Numbered from the stretch's first letter, positions 12,633-27,248 are shown. The stretch is DNA of 64,000 nucleotides from Phoronis australis (GCA_002633005.1 NMRA01000358.1:311213-375212); one strand, 5' to 3'. Notes: generated by a model from the letters alone, not told the origin. A program made the numbers and translations.

Positions 12633-14783
12633 CAAGTGTATCATACTGTAGCACGATAAGCTATGACGCAATGCAATTCAAGTTCACCATTTAATGGTTT
12701 AACAGCCTGTGAGGCAAACTGGATCTCTCCACGAACTTATGTCCTGTCGAGGTGCTATTGGTTGATTGAGCTCCACGGTCATGCCTAAACCCTTGCATTG
12801 GGGACGTTACGTTCGGCTTTGTTGTGCATTATTTAACAGATTTGCTCAGCTGCTTACGGAAGATTGGCTATGCGCAAACATTCTGGGACTGAACACAGAG
12901 TAAAGACGCAGTTCTTTTGCAGTCATATCTGAGGTTACTGTTCTCATACAGTCATTTTGTGAATATTTCATGAGTAACATAATTTTGCATTAACATCCAG
13001 CTGCATTACTAGGTAGAGATTCATGGACGGACATATTACAGCCACCATTTTTGGGTCACGTGTTTACCTAATCAGGTAATGCACATTTCCCTACTGATGT
13101 ATAACAGTAGCGAATGTAGGTAGTGAGCTTTAAAACACCCACAACACGCATGTGTGTTCACATGTTGTATTATTTTGCTGATGTTGAGATTACAAATCAA
13201 ATGTAAAAAGAGTACTAAGCTGGAGATTCATCGACAAGAAGGTCTGATGTGGGGTCTACAGACAGGGTTATCTGTTGGTGTTGTTGCCCACCGATTTTAT
13301 AGAACTTGCTAGAAGAAAAATGACATGTTTATTGAGGGTAATAGAATTGTGAAGGGATGCGAAGTTGACCAGTGCCTGTAAGAGGAGCTGCTGTTGCTTA
13401 CATCATTTTTCTGTTGTACATTATTTTGACTACAATTTTAATTTCTTGATTGTGTATATGTATTTGTATATATTTGCTTAATTTATTCGATATGTTTTAC
13501 AGTTTACCCTGGCTCATACATATCATTTGACTTCATTGTGTAAGCTGTTTACATTGTACAGATTCATGTATCATTTTATAAGTTTATATATCGTTTGTAA
13601 TGTCTGACTCTTTAAAGGCACACTCAAGGAATCAAAAGTAAAGTCCCAAGAAATATTCATCAAATTGCCTGTTATCTACACCCCACAAATTCCCAATAAA
13701 AATATTCGGATGGCGTTGCCTGTTCACAGTAGGTAGACAGTGTGCACTAGTTAGCAATTTTCTGACTACTTGAGTAAACATAAGTTTGTTTGAAGTCAAG
13801 GTGTCTATAACACAGCTTTATCGACAGGTATTCAGTATTAGTGCAATGGGCGAATTAATTGACTTGGTGTCGCTAGTGTGATAATGGTCCTACCTGTTTA
13901 CATCGGTACATTCAGGTAGTCACTTAGAACCAGTGTCCTAGACACTGTAAGCTGTTGGATTGCTCTTGCTTTTTTCAGGTGTTAAAATAGGAGCCTTTAT
14001 TCCTAATGACAACCTGGGGAATTTGAAATTTCCATTTGACCTGTACTAGTAATTTTGTCGTCTCATGCGACTGGGCCACGTGCTCAAATGACCCAACAGG
14101 GTATTCACAAGGATATTCTGAAACCCATGATTACACCTGTTTGTTATACTGTACATGTTGTAGGTCTGTCATTTAAAGCCACACACAACCCCATTTGAAA
14201 ACCTCAAAAGGTGTAGTGATCGTTCTTGATGTTTTTCATTTGGACAGTACTTCATCTATTTCTTCTGTAGGTGGATTTGGCGTTTTCGGACTTGGGGTTT
14301 ATCCCCTTTTGGGGTTGGCAGTTGTGGGCGTTACATATGTTTACTTTGCAATTTAGAAAGCCATGACAAACTGATTAGTTAAGGTAACCGTTTGAAACCT
14401 AGGAAACGTTTGTAAATGAAAGGTTTATCAATTGTGAGAATATCATGAACTTATTAGTTGATTTCAAAATAGGAATATTCACAAGAAATAACCATCACTT
14501 ATGTGCAAGTGCTTCATATTTTAATGCACAGATTTGGGTCCATATTCAGGGTATTCCATCACTTAAGAAAGTGTGATAATGAATAGTAATGCAGTTACTT
14601 GTATACTGGCAGTTACATGACCACCATTTGGATATTTAAACAGGGTCTCTAGCTTGCTTTGTACAGGAGGAGTCTATGTAGTCTTAAGTGATGTAGACCA
14701 TGTTAAGCATTTTGCTTTTGTTAACAAGGGGAACATTTTCAAACATATCTTTTTACCATCCATCCAAAGCATTTTAATGAAGG

Positions 14784-14789
14784 AATAAA
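14784..14789 (+). terminator. Candidate sdk polyadenylation signal (~2.2 kb 3' UTR)
   Basis: AATAAA followed ~20 nt later by a GT-rich tract (GGTTTGTTGTTCTCTGTC); another AATAAA lies near 13695. Confidence 0.5.
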
Positions 14790-15155
14790 ACATTCCCAGA
14801 CTGCAATGGTTTGTTGTTCTCTGTCTTCCCAATGCTTGTCATTCCTATATACACGGGCTGCACTCTACAATCATCAGCTGGTGGCCAAATTGCTTTTTGC
14901 TGACTAAAAAAACAAGTTCTCTTTTCCACAGATTTATAGTACCAACCAAAAGCACGAAGACAAACTAAAATTTGCCTATGATGACTAATTTGTTAATTGA
15001 GCTTAAAACGGAAATGACTGGCTTAATCATTGCTGAAAAATTAGTAATTTCCAGTCGAACGCTGTCAGACAACTGACTACCTAGCCATATGCCATCGGAA
15101 AACTGACCACAACATGTCCAGGTATCCATAGGCCATCAGACGACAAACAACAAAT

Positions 15156-15161
15156 TTTATT
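15156..15161 (-). terminator. Candidate WBP2 polyadenylation signal
   Basis: TTTATT on + (AATAAA on -) followed on - by TTGTTGTTTGTCGTC. Confidence 0.45.
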
Positions 15162-16271
15162 AATGCCCAACCACCATGTCAGGGAACTTTGCCGTCATTT
15201 TCTCTCATTATTTTCAAGCACTGTAGTGTATGTATCTCACAATATGTACAATTTGACAAAACAGTTCATGAATGATGTTTAAGTGATCAACTAAATCTTT
15301 AATCTTATTTCTTCAATGACACCAATAAATTAACATAAACATTTCATGATGTACAAAACACTAATCACCACTGACAACAGAGGAGACCTATCAACATTCA
15401 CAGGCGTGTAGATTGCTTTCCAGTCATTTTCGCCATTAAAACAGCTGTGCTGCATTTCTCCCCTTTTCAAACCAAATGCTCAATAGATTAAGTTCTGACT
15501 CTACAACTCCTGTCACAGACCAAAGCTTCAGTGCTTTGATTTACTGTAGAACTGTACGGGTGATATGAACAAATCTTGAGCTTAGCAAGAACTGTGTAAA
15601 CAAGGAAGCATGCATAGAAATCTTAATGCAAATGTCCCGTAACTAAGTAACAACACAGACTCACTGAAACTAAATCTTCAAAAATTTTAAATGATAACTA
15701 AGTTTACACCGGGAAAACCCAGATAGTGAAATAAAAACAATTCAGTAAAATAAACACAAGAACCTTATTAATTGAAAAACATGACCAACTTCTCTCAAAA
15801 TTGTTTCAACCTACAATGAAAACATTACAGTAAAATCTCACCAAATTTTGGACAAAAAATAATTGGCAAAACTGTCCGGCTTCATTTTTCAAACAACACA
15901 GCTATGAATGTCCACAATTTCTTTTAATTATTGTCTGCTGGTAGCAATTGCACAGATCTTTAAATATGTTATAGCATTTATTTTGTGCCATTTATCTTTA
16001 GGAGAAAAAATAAAAATTTCACTTGCCTGCCACGTTGCATAGTAAATTGGTGAGGTTTTTACCGTAGAAAGCTAACTCGGTTACTACAAGCTTAAGGCAG
16101 CTATTGCAAACTCCTCTGAAGCTCATATACACAATAATGGACAGACAGATGCCTGTTCCCCAACTCCCAGAATAGAATGTTGGTGCCACAATGAAATACT
16201 TTTATGTATTTTGACAAATACATAGACTTCTTGAAAATGTTTTATACCATTGACATTGAAAACGTGTCTGA

Positions 16272-19200
16272 TTAGTTCTGTTTCTTTGTGATGTCGTCAT
16301 AGCTGGGAGGTGGCGCTGCAGTCGGGACATAGATATTATGGGGACTGTGAGGGCTGTAGTAGCCACTAGAGGCCGCTGCTTCCGCTGCCTTGGCATCTGA
16401 TTGGACAAGAAAGTATAAGGTAAATTTCCAGCAGACAAACAAACGATCAAAATACAATAAGACTAAATGTAGAGGAATTTATTCAGAAAAATCTCTGTTC
16501 ACATAAAAATTACATTAAAATGTCATGTCACCGAGTCACCGTGTCAAGAAATTATCCATTTAGGGATGATTCAACAAGTTCACTTGGTACATATAAGATA
16601 TCCTTAGACCAGCATAGCTAAACTTGGTGTAGCTTGACTCGAGTCACTTATTTGAATACAGCCAAGGTTTTAGCGATGGAGTACTTGTCAGGGGGCAATG
16701 GTTGGCGTGTAAGCCCAGTGTTAGCTGACTGAGTGGACGGCACTGAAATCACAACAGAATGAAGAAGGTCTACATACACCTTACACTTCAACAGCAAATT
16801 AAAGATGAATATAATAGCAACTCAAATAGTACGACATACTTGCTGTAGCTGTGTTATACTGCCCTGCAGATGGTGCCGAGGGATAGGTCATATTGGGGTC
16901 AACGCCAGGATAAGGGGGCGGAGCCTCTGTCATATAAACACCTTCAGCTGTAAATACAACAGTTGGTTGAAGAACAGTCAAAATGCATTGTAATATTTAA
17001 AAGACCAATGCAATGCCATTAAGATATGACCACAACTGCACCCAAAAAACAGTATGCTTCTAGGGTGTTTATAACTATCACAAATGGCTACTAAGTAGCA
17101 CAGACTGTGTAAAACCAGTCTGAAAAAACAAGGATTCCCGGTCTCCCTAATAAAAACCTATTAGCAAATTAATGAAAATGTGTTCAAATTTTAAAGAAAC
17201 AGAGGCAAATATCTCCCAAAAAACCTACTAGAAAATTAATGAAAATCTGTGCAAATTTTAAAGAAACAGAGGTAAATGTAAAAATTACAACTGCCAATAC
17301 GAGGCACAGTGGAAGTCGGATTCGTCTGAAAGAAGTTTTCATCTGTTGCCATGTTCATAGGAATACACATTAAAAAGATTCTTGTAAGGGGCATTTGGGA
17401 CAGACATTTTATCAAAGTGTCCTACCATTTATCTCAAGAACGACAGGTGTCGTAGAAGCTTGAATACGTCGGCAGTGGACCATAAAACCTTGCTTACATT
17501 TCTCAAGTGAATCTAGTAAATATTTCATATTTTTCACCGTTTGATGATTGATAATCTCCATCTTTTTGTTTGAGAGAACGGGACTTCTGAGAAATGCATT
17601 GAGAAAGGAGTATTTATAAACACAAGAGGAAGGTGTCTCCGGCAGTCCACCTAATGTACCTGGAGGTGCTGTGGGGAATGTCTGGTACGGTACAAAGCCA
17701 TAGAGTGGTTCTTGGGGCGGGGCATACATAGGAGGCGGAGCCTGGTAGTACCCTCCAGTGGCAGCAGCACTATAGGATGGAGGCTGTGCAGGACGATTTC
17801 TGGAGGCTGGAAATAAAAAGAACAAAAATGGGAAAGATTGACAACATGTAACCTGGCATTCATAAAAATATTAAATAATGGATTGCCATATTCAACCTAA
17901 GAATGATAATTAATTGCATAACCTGGGATTAGGGGTATAAGAACAACTGCTATGCTTAAACTGGAATTAGTGGGAAAAAATAAGGAATGCGATACTAAGC
18001 TAGGATTTGCTCTAAAAATAAAAGGAATGTCTTACATAACAAGTGATTGGTGGATTCTGAGATGAATATGGATTAGTGGACTCAACATGAGATGTGAGAG
18101 GATACAGCTCAAACATCATAACCAACATTTTCTAAGGGAATGGTCACATGGGTAAAATTTTATTCATTCAAAAAGAGGCTGGTGCCTTGCACGCTGGCAG
18201 ACGATATACTCATACATACTAGTCTTTGACACGTGCCTAGGTTTCATCAACTTAAACAGGACAATGATTGATGACTGGTAGAAACTACAGCTTGGTCAAT
18301 ATAATGTAAAAAGAATGACTCGATACAGTACTAACAACCTCAGCAAAAGATCACTGCACTATTTAGAAACAGTCCCACTTTTATTTTGCACATATCTGGA
18401 AATTTGTTGCATTAGTTTGTCTTTTTATGATGAAGGAATGCCTCATACCAAAACCGGTGAACATTGTATCCAATGAGCTTGAAAAAAACTGCTCAGTCTT
18501 ATGAGTATCAGCTTTGCAACATTTTATTTCCAACATATATGAAAATGATCATTCAATTCCAAGTCCTGAAAATTTCAAATGAGAAAAAAAGCTTTAAAAA
18601 CAAACTTCCATGCAGTGCACAAAGTGATGTAGCTTTATCATTTCTTGTGATGACCTTGAAAATGAGGTTAAGGTCGCCAAATTCGATTGACCCACCTTCA
18701 CCTTGGCAGTCATAGGAAAATATAAGGCTTCCTTATTGAGATATTACAAAAACAGTTTTGCAGTAGAGCTTTTAAATTTCACTATGACCTTGAAAATAAG
18801 GTAAAAGGTTGTCAAAATTGACTATGACCTGGAGATCCTCACCTATACCTAGGTACAAAACACAAACAAAATCTAAAGGTCCAATCTTGCGATATCATGC
18901 TAACGTTTTCTGTGACCTTGGAAATTATTTCAAGGTCACCAAAATCAACTTGCACCTGGTGCTGCCCCACCTACACCTCACAGAATATGGACATAATCTA
19001 AAATCCTCTTCTCGAGATATTGCACTAACAACATTTTCCAAATTCAAAACCTAGTCAAGGTCAACAAATCAAATGGCGCCTGCAACTGCTCTACCTACAC
19101 TTCAGTACAATAGGAACAAATCTAAAGATCCTTCACGAGAAATCAACAACATTTTCCGAAGATAAATTTTTCTTGATGTGTCCTTAAAAATGAAATTAAG

Positions 19201-20564
19201 CTAGGTCACTAAAATCGACTTACACCTCAAGTTACATCACCCACAACTCGACACAACATTGAGTTATTGCTTCAACAACATCATGAGCTAAATGCCTACC
19301 TAGTTCACCAGCTCTCAACATAGTTTGTCCAAACTCTATGGCTCCTCCTTTGTTGAACCACATCTTAAACTTGACTGTTCCAGTAAACTGACCAGCAGAC
19401 TCAGCCGTTAGTGTGCCTGATATGTAATTTGCACCAAACACAGGCTGCTCCAGCTTCAGGTCTTTCATGCAGAGGAATGGCATACTGACAGATTGGAGAC
19501 TGTCCTTTGAGTTACTGCAGTTGTATATCACCTGCAGAGCAATCAGGCTTAATTTTAGATTTTGTCTCATTTCCAACAAAACGCGGCATCTCGGTCCCAA
19601 ATGTGAAACTGAACTCACACGCATTAATGTGTACCATCTGACATTTTAGGTCACATATTGTTGCCTCGCCTTTCCTCCCATCAACTCAGCTTTGATATTA
19701 AGCAACCGGCGAACTTCTTCACAGACCGGAATTTAATGAACCATCCAGCATTTCAAAACCAGTGAACATTTACTTGAATTGTAAAGACTGCTAACAACAT
19801 GTTAACTACATACCCTGTGTGTTGTTAAATACACACGTCCTTTTTTACTTCCCTTGAACTGAGGTTGGCTATTGCCTTCAAACTTCATTTCTATCCCATC
19901 ATAGAAAATAAGGATTCTACAATAAAAATGTACACGGTATCAATGTTTTCAAGCTTAGACTACAACAAACTTATGTCTCCCACCCACATACACAGTGCTA
20001 TAGAGGTAAAAGTAGAGGTAAGTAGGCGCCAAAAGCCCACCGTATCCCCTTGAGCACTGAACGTAATTTACGGTGCGTAGGCGTTACGTTCCAATGCCAA
20101 AAGGTGGTTGGCTGCACCTACGTGCGCTTACGCCCCAATACAGCACTTCACAATCACATACAACAAACTTCATTTTTTTCAAAGTTTGTTCAAATTTGAT
20201 CAAGAGAAAGAAGCTATTCAAAGATCATTAGACGCTAATTTCTTTGAGTTCAATGACTATTTGTGTACAAAATTCTGAACATGCCGATTTTTAGTATTCA
20301 ACTAACAACTTGTATGTTTTGTTATGTAATTATAAATTTACACAGTGAGGTATGTGACAGTGGTGATCGACAAGGAACAGAAACTCAAGGCCAAGGGCAA
20401 TGAGTCTGTGTCAGTAAATTAAATAATGCCAGTTTCAAAAGACAATAGCTTTCTTTACTAACTACATGATGTACGTTGACATTTGGAACACTGAGGCAAA
20501 AGTAATACCTTTCTCCACAAAATATCAACACTCCGCCAGCTGCGTGAGCTGTGTTTATCGACAT
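16272..20564 (-). CDS. WBP2: WW domain-binding protein 2 (GRAM/PH-like domain plus PPxY-rich tail)
   Basis: Six in-frame exons: 20564-20509 ([18 protein letters not shown]), 19916-19814 ([15 protein letters not shown]), 19531-19300 ([11 protein letters not shown]...[11 protein letters not shown]), 17806-17660, 16947-16840 (APPPYPG), 16396-16272 (AKAAEAAAS...[13 protein letters not shown]). All GT-AG. Confidence 0.95.
17150..17280. repeat. ~69-bp tandem duplication in a WBP2 intron
   Basis: AAAAACCTA..AAATTAATGAAAAT..AAATTTTAAAGAAACAGAGG twice. Confidence 0.8.
18640..19230. repeat. Degenerate ~130-bp tandem array with TGACCTTG...AAGGTCA inverted motif, probably transposon-derived
   Basis: TGACCTTG(A/G)AAA..AAGGTC units at ~18651, 18785, 18913, 19056 (partial), 19180. 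Confidence 0.7.
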
Positions 20565-20847
20565 CTTTTCTCTTCCTGTTTGCGCAAAAATGATGTCATG
20601 TGCTCGAGTAGCGACACCTTTTGAGAAAAGAAATTGTAGCTAAACAAATCCTCCTCAACGCAAAAATCGTTATCTTAATTTACCAAAACAAATAAAATTG
20701 TTTCCAATTATATTTTCAGTTTATATATTCTACAAATTTAGACCGAAATATTTGAAAGAAGATGGAAAATATACAATATTAAGTGCAAGGCATAATGTAA
20801 GCGAACCAAAGCCTCTTGCACTTTGACCGCTCAACTTCAAGATGGCG
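20565..20847. promoter_or_regulatory. Bidirectional promoter between WBP2 and ETFB
   Basis: Divergent ATGs 277 bp apart; YY1-like CAAGATGGCG overlaps the ETFB ATG (20838-20847). Confidence 0.7.
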
Positions 20848-21606
20848 ATGCGTGTGATGGTGGCTTGCAAGCGTGTGATAGACTATGCTGTTAAAGTGCG
20901 CGTACGACCTGATAAAATGGGTGTAGTGACTGAAGGGGTTAAACACAGCATGAACCCATTTGATGAGATCGCAGTTGAAGAGGCTGTGAGGTTGAAAGAG
21001 AAGAAATTAGCGAGTGAACTTCTTGTCGTTTCCTGTGGCCCCACACAATGTCAAGAAACAATTCGAACTGCACTTGCCATGGGTATGGACAAAGGTATCC
21101 ACGTAGAGCTTGATAAGGATACCTACGAGTCAATGCAACCGATACATGTGTCACAGATCCTGGCAAAAATTGCCAAAGAAGAGAATATCGATCTTATGAT
21201 TCTCGGTAAACAAGCAATTGATGACGACTGCAACCAAACAGGTCAAATGACAGCCGCACTTTTGGACTGGCCGCAGGGGACGTTTGCTTCGAAAGTTGAA
21301 AAAGATGGAGATAGTTTAACAGTTACAAGGGAAGTTGATGGTGGCTTAGAGACTGTCAAGTTCAATATCCCCGCAGTACTTACCACAGATCTGCGTCTAA
21401 ACGAGCCTCGTTATGCAACACTTCCCAATATCATGAAAGCTAAGAAGAAACCTGTTCTGAAGAAGAGTCCATCAGATTATGGTGTGGAGATGTCAACACA
21501 TCAGGAGATACTTAGTGTTGAAGAGCCACCTGTCAGACAAGCTGGACAAAAGGTAGAATCTGTCGAGGAATTGGTGTCAAAGTTGAAGGACAATGGTGTG
21601 ATTTAA
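20842..21606 (+). CDS. ETFB: Electron transfer flavoprotein subunit beta, single coding exon, 254 aa
   Basis: Intact ORF with [67 protein letters not shown]. Confidence 0.98.
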   Translation: MAMRVMVACKRVIDYAVKVRVRPDKMGVVTEGVKHSMNPFDEIAVEEAVRLKEKKLASELLVVSCGPTQCQETIRTALAMGMDKGIHVELDKDTYESMQPIHVSQILAKIAKEENIDLMILGKQAIDDDCNQTGQMTAALLDWPQGTFASKVEKDGDSLTVTREVDGGLETVKFNIPAVLTTDLRLNEPRYATLPNIMKAKKKPVLKKSPSDYGVEMSTHQEILSVEEPPVRQAGQKVESVEELVSKLKDNGVI

Positions 21607-24600
21607 GACACCACTGCGTACACTGTGCTAGTGGCATTCCAAAGTTGGGAACTCTTGAGTGCGTCATCCAAGAATGACCATTACATTTCATGATGGTGTC
21701 TGCTTGGTTTTAGTGCAAACCAATTAGTATTCTCACGAATTCTGTTCTATAAACAAGATACTCTCAAGTCCAGGCATAACACTGATAACTGGATCTTAAA
21801 TCTTCATTGGATCTTTTAAGTGTACCTCTGCTGAAGCCAATGTAAAAATCATTCTGCATGTCTCTAACTTGCTCAGAGGCAAGTCTTCTTTTATTCATAT
21901 TGTTAATGGTGTGAATTTGTGATATACCATCTGATCTGTGGACTGTGGGACTGACTGGTGAAGCAGAGCTATTAAACATTTGGAAATGTTGGCTTAAATG
22001 AGAAGAATGAAATGTTATTTATCTCAATGTTGAAATGACTAACTAATAACTAATCAGTTCAAAAATTGTTGCTACTTGGGTTTGCTAATCTTGATAATTT
22101 CAAAAGAGCGTGGTGGAGTTTTTCAACCATAGGCTCAGGGATAATTTTAGGAGTGCGCCTGTCTTTATGAATGAAAGTTTCATTTACGTTTTTTGATTGT
22201 TTGACTTGGGCCAACAGGCTCATTAAAACTGACAATGTCCCCAACTTTGTCTTGAATTTTAATACTAGTATGCATTGCATTCAGAGTCTAATACAACCAC
22301 AATGCAGAGCAACTGTTCAAAACAACAGTTTTAGAATGGGTCTAGCACATTGCCAAGTGTGGATTTATGTATTTATTTAAACTAGAATACAATTAGTTGT
22401 TCAGAGCAATCACTAGTGCATAACATTCTCAGGTAGCAGACAAAATCACGCATGTTCAAATGACCCTGAAATTGAATCCAAGAAAGACGGAGATTCGACA
22501 AATGTGACCTGGCAGATCCTAAAAATTGCCTTGTAGGTTTGAGGCCACATGGATCAATTGACTGGTAGCCACGTTTTTTAAATAATCCCTGTTGGCTATA
22601 AGTTGTATTGCTTTCAAATTTGCCAAAGATTTTCCTTACATATCCAGCCTTCCAGTCTATCCAGTACAGATTGTCTGGGCGTGCGAATGGTGAAGTAGCA
22701 TCACTAGTGTACCTTGCAAATGAGTAGACGGAACATTGTCTCTGAAACTTCGGCTCCAGGCCTTTGGGTCAATATTCCTTTTATTAGAGTAAAATTTGAA
22801 AGATAGTTCACCTTATAGTGATTATGCTTTCAAGGGGTACGCCCAGCAGTTCCTGTTCCCTGGGACACGCGCTGTCAAATAAGGAGTCTGTTTCAAAAAC
22901 CTTGCTATGAAGGATTTTTACCCGATATTGTTAATTAAATCAGTTTTTGGCCACAATAAGATCAAAAAGCGGACGATCGTCGCACAAATAAAAAAGTTCA
23001 TGTTCAATTCAACGTTTCGTCTTTTCATTAGATCGTCCGGTTTTTGATTTTTACCCGAGTTTCTAGTATTGATTCCAAATAGCGAGCAAATAATGGTGGA
23101 CAGCCAAATTTCACCATCCTAGTACCTTATCTGCAATTCACAGAAACATCAGTTTCTGAGATTTTATTTCAGAGTTTCAAAAATCACCTAGTGCCCTTTG
23201 CTGTTTTGATATAGATTTTTGCGAATTGCATCTGCATCAAAGTTCACTGAAGCAAAGGCACCAATTTAGTTCAAGATTGGCTTAATGGCTTATAATAAGC
23301 AACAAATGGCTATGAATTAGTCGATTTCGTATATTCAATCAATAAATGTGTAAACCCGAACCTACGCAGGATACCAGAAAAAAATTGCCGTTACGTTGGG
23401 GCATCACATAAAAACGCAAGAATTATAAAAGTCAAAGACACAAACAGCTTGAACTGAGTTGACAGTCGCTTGTTAAGTTTCAAGACATTTTTAGATCAGT
23501 TGTTTGCAGTATGAAATTTTTACGTGATTCGAAACTACATGCACCTGAAGGGCATTCGGTAGTGCACCAGAGACGAAACAATGCACGAGTGGTTTGGAGG
23601 CCCTCACCAAACAAAATTTCGTGTCACAACGTGGTTTCTGGTTCGTCCCAGTGGTAGTCTTTTAAACTTGCACTACAAAGGTGGCAGAAAACCCTTTTTA
23701 CGATTGTCTATACGTTAATTCACAGGGCTATCGAAAATCATAATTATTACAGTCTGATTGACATTGCGAATTTCGTACCAACTACCTCTTCATCGATAAT
23801 GCTTTACTACACACTATAGTCAAAATGAAAGTCTCACCCGATTGGTTGTTTGGGTCGTCTGTCTTGCTGTTTTGCTTTGAATAAATATATTTTGTGGCCA
23901 ATTGTATTTGTGCTATGTTCCCTAATGAATAGTTGACAGTCCCGTATATATAGGTTTTTTTTTCTGAGATATGCAAAGCACGCTGAGCAAATATGAGATG
24001 CCAAGAAAAAGAGTGACACTTAACTGATTTCATTTCCGGTTCACTCTATCTCCACCATTGGGTCACCTCCATGAACATAAAAGGTTATACAAGGAAAAAA
24101 GGCAAATGACTCCATCATTGGGGCTCCTACGCGAGTTTCTCCTCATGAAAAGAATCCTACGTTGACACTCTAACCGGTCGAGATTGGGCAACTCCACTAG
24201 TTTGCGCACTTCAGAATCTGCCGGTTAAGATCAAAGACACCATGCTGTTGTCGTTAATTAAATCGATAATGCTGTCGTTCTAAAGATAATGAGACCCATC
24301 ATATGCACATTGGAGGCAACAATAGCATTTTTAAGTTTTCGTTTTAAAAGTTTGTTAATAGCATATTTGAATAGATTGTGAACAACAGAGATCAAGTTTC
24401 TGAAATTTGAGAATTGGACAAGAAATGTGACTTTTACAACCTAAAACGTTTGTTTATTGTTGCGATCATATGTTCCTCATTAATTCTCCCTAGTGTGCAA
24501 CATAATTGGACCAATTATCAAATTGCCAGGCAGCATAACGTTATATTGTCATGCTAGACCGTCCAACTGTATCAGACAGGCTAGTCCGGACGGTCAGAAA

Positions 24601-27190
24601 CAGCAGGCAGGTCTTTCCGCTCAATTACTTTTTATTGCACTTTAATCTGATTGCAGTAAGAGCTGCCTGAAGAATTAGGACGTTTGAGATCATTTTTAGC
24701 CCTTTTTGTGGACGAATACAGAGTCCATATTTGGATTTCTCATAAAACACTGAGTTAGGACCATTTTCTCCCACAAAAATCGGTCAAGTTTTGTGGGAGA
24801 TAGTTGACAACTTGATGCTAAATGAGGCCAGTGTGAATGAAAGTAGTTCACAACTGATCAGACCTAATTACCATAATGTTTATTGCCTGCAACTGGAGTC
24901 CAGGCAAAGACCTATTACAACTGACCAGCTTATACTCCCTGAAGCCCCTAAGTTTGCCTCACAGGTAAAATGACGTTATGAGCAGCTGGATTTTGAGGTA
25001 AGCCAGGTGTCATCGTACAACTCTAGGCATGCTGGATGAATAAAAGATAAACAGGAAAGACTAACCACGGATACCATCAGTGGGGTCCTCGGCTCCAAGA
25101 CCACCAAGTGACCCGTTGTTTACAAACAACGGGGAAAAGAGATCGACGTATGACTCCATATGTGTTTTGCCAAAGTAGGGTCCATGGAGAAAAGTAGCTT
25201 TGCACCGGCGCCCTAAGAATTGTCTTCTTGAACATAAAAATCTGAATCACTTTAATTTGCTCTGGAAAACCAGTACACAGTATAAGCTTTTTCGGACTAG
25301 CCCATTTTTGAGCGAGCGTAAACGGTCCTGCGCACAAGGGATAAATGTAGCACTGGCAGTTGGCTTATGTTCATTAAAGTCTTTCTTTTCCCACTGACCG
25401 TCCCTGTCCATGGAGCGAAAAACAGGACAGGATGACGAGAATGTGCCACAGCACGCAGACACGCAGTGGCGCACACATTCAGACACATTATATATGGGTA
25501 TATAACACGACAGCGTTTTCTCGTTCAGTGACTTTACCAGACGTAGGGGGTTCTGAGTGTGTGATAACATCTAGCTTCTTTGTTAACTGTCAAGCGCACT
25601 CTTTTGTCAGTTATGACAATTAACAAGCAGGCCACTTATCTACCAGGCTTATTACAGACCCCGTGTGAACACAGTCGAACTCAGAGTGAATTGGTGTATT
25701 CGGAAAGAATAGATTGTCTTAACTTCGGTTGCAGTTGGACGATTTTGGCGATTTAAAAACTAAACATGATCACCTTTTCACGAAGATTTCAGAAATGCTA
25801 TTGGTTTATGTTCAAATACAGCACAGCCCTCTCAGGGTAGATACGATCTTATTGGAGATTGAGCAATTACCGAACAAAAGAGAGCGGGCCCTCCAACCAT
25901 GAATGCCAGAATGGAGTTAATCAGTCGTGTAAGATATGGGTTACAGGGGCAAACTTCCCAACTTGTTGTTGGGCTATAGAATCGAGCAAGTTGGGAGCAA
26001 CAGGAAAACGCCGTAATGAAAAAATTTGGTTACGTTAAAAATGCTTAACTAGTTTCAAGGCATAGGAATAAACACTTCCTGAGTGCAAAACGGCAAAAGG
26101 ACTTCTTTTTGAGAAACAAATAGAAATTCATGCGGTTTATGGAGCTTCCGAAATGAACAATCCCAGCCAATTATTTATGAAAAACATAATGTAATTACTT
26201 CTGCAATTTTAGGCATATTTGGGACATCATCTGGGCCTTCACATGTCCCCTGAACTTAAATGTGCGGACCTATAGGAAAACGACACATGTGCATTTCTGG
26301 GCAATTGAGGTCCCAGATTTTGAGACCCAGTTTGATACCCGTTATTCATTGAAGAAAACTGGTGCCCTTGTGAGTAGTGACTATTACCTATTTCCGGTTA
26401 ACGGTTCGCCCTCGGGCACAATCAGAAATTCCAGGTAAAATTGTTGTAATATCCGCTCTAGTATAAACCCACGTACTGGTGTTAGTGGTCACAAAATGTA
26501 TACATACTGTACAATAGTAATACAGTACCCAACAATGATACTCTACTAGTAACACAGGTAGGTTTTGCTGTGATATTAATTAAAAGGTGATTAAAATTAG
26601 GATGAATATACAAAATAATTGTTTTTAAGCAATTGAATTAGACGCCCACATTTGGCCAACGAGCAGCTCGTTGCCCCCGCGACATCGTATTATTATAAAC
26701 GTTTTGTTTATCAGTGCAGTAGAATTTTATACACAAGATTTCAGACTAAACGTGACGCCCTCGCGGTCATTGACCCCCAATGTCTTTTCATACCTCGAAC
26801 GTCTTGAAGTCGCACTCCGCTAGTTTATATCTAAGCCTACCTTGTCAGACATTCTGTCGCTCTAGTTTATGGCTGTCCGATATTCAAATTTTCAGTCTCG
26901 TTCTTACATAACAATAACGTAGGAACTCGCAGTGAGGTCAAAAATGTGTACGACCCCGCAATCATCCATAAAGGTCCGTTCGATTTCTTAAGTATTACAT
27001 TGTTTAGTTTCATCAGTGCTTCATTACAAGCATTATTAACAATATTTTTTATTTTTACAAAGTTTTGTTTTTTCCCAAGGCAATCATTATTTTCCCGAGG
27101 CACTCATTATTCTAGTCACTGCTGGCCGTCTGCAGTTAACCTATGATTAAGCGTGCAATCCCAATCTTTTGAGATAAACCAGTTACGCAA

Positions 27191-27248
27191 CCGCTGCACG
27201 GTCCCGCTGCACGGTCCCGCTGCACGGTCCCGCTGCACGGTCCCGCTG
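27191..27248. repeat. 13-bp minisatellite (CCGCTGCACGGTC) x4.5
   Basis: Perfect tandem copies. Confidence 0.95.

Noticed and set aside
16684-16742. Possible extra WBP2 cassette exon (acceptor at ~16743 on -)
   Set aside because: No donor giving phase 1-to-1, and exons 16947-16840 and 16396-16272 already join in frame.
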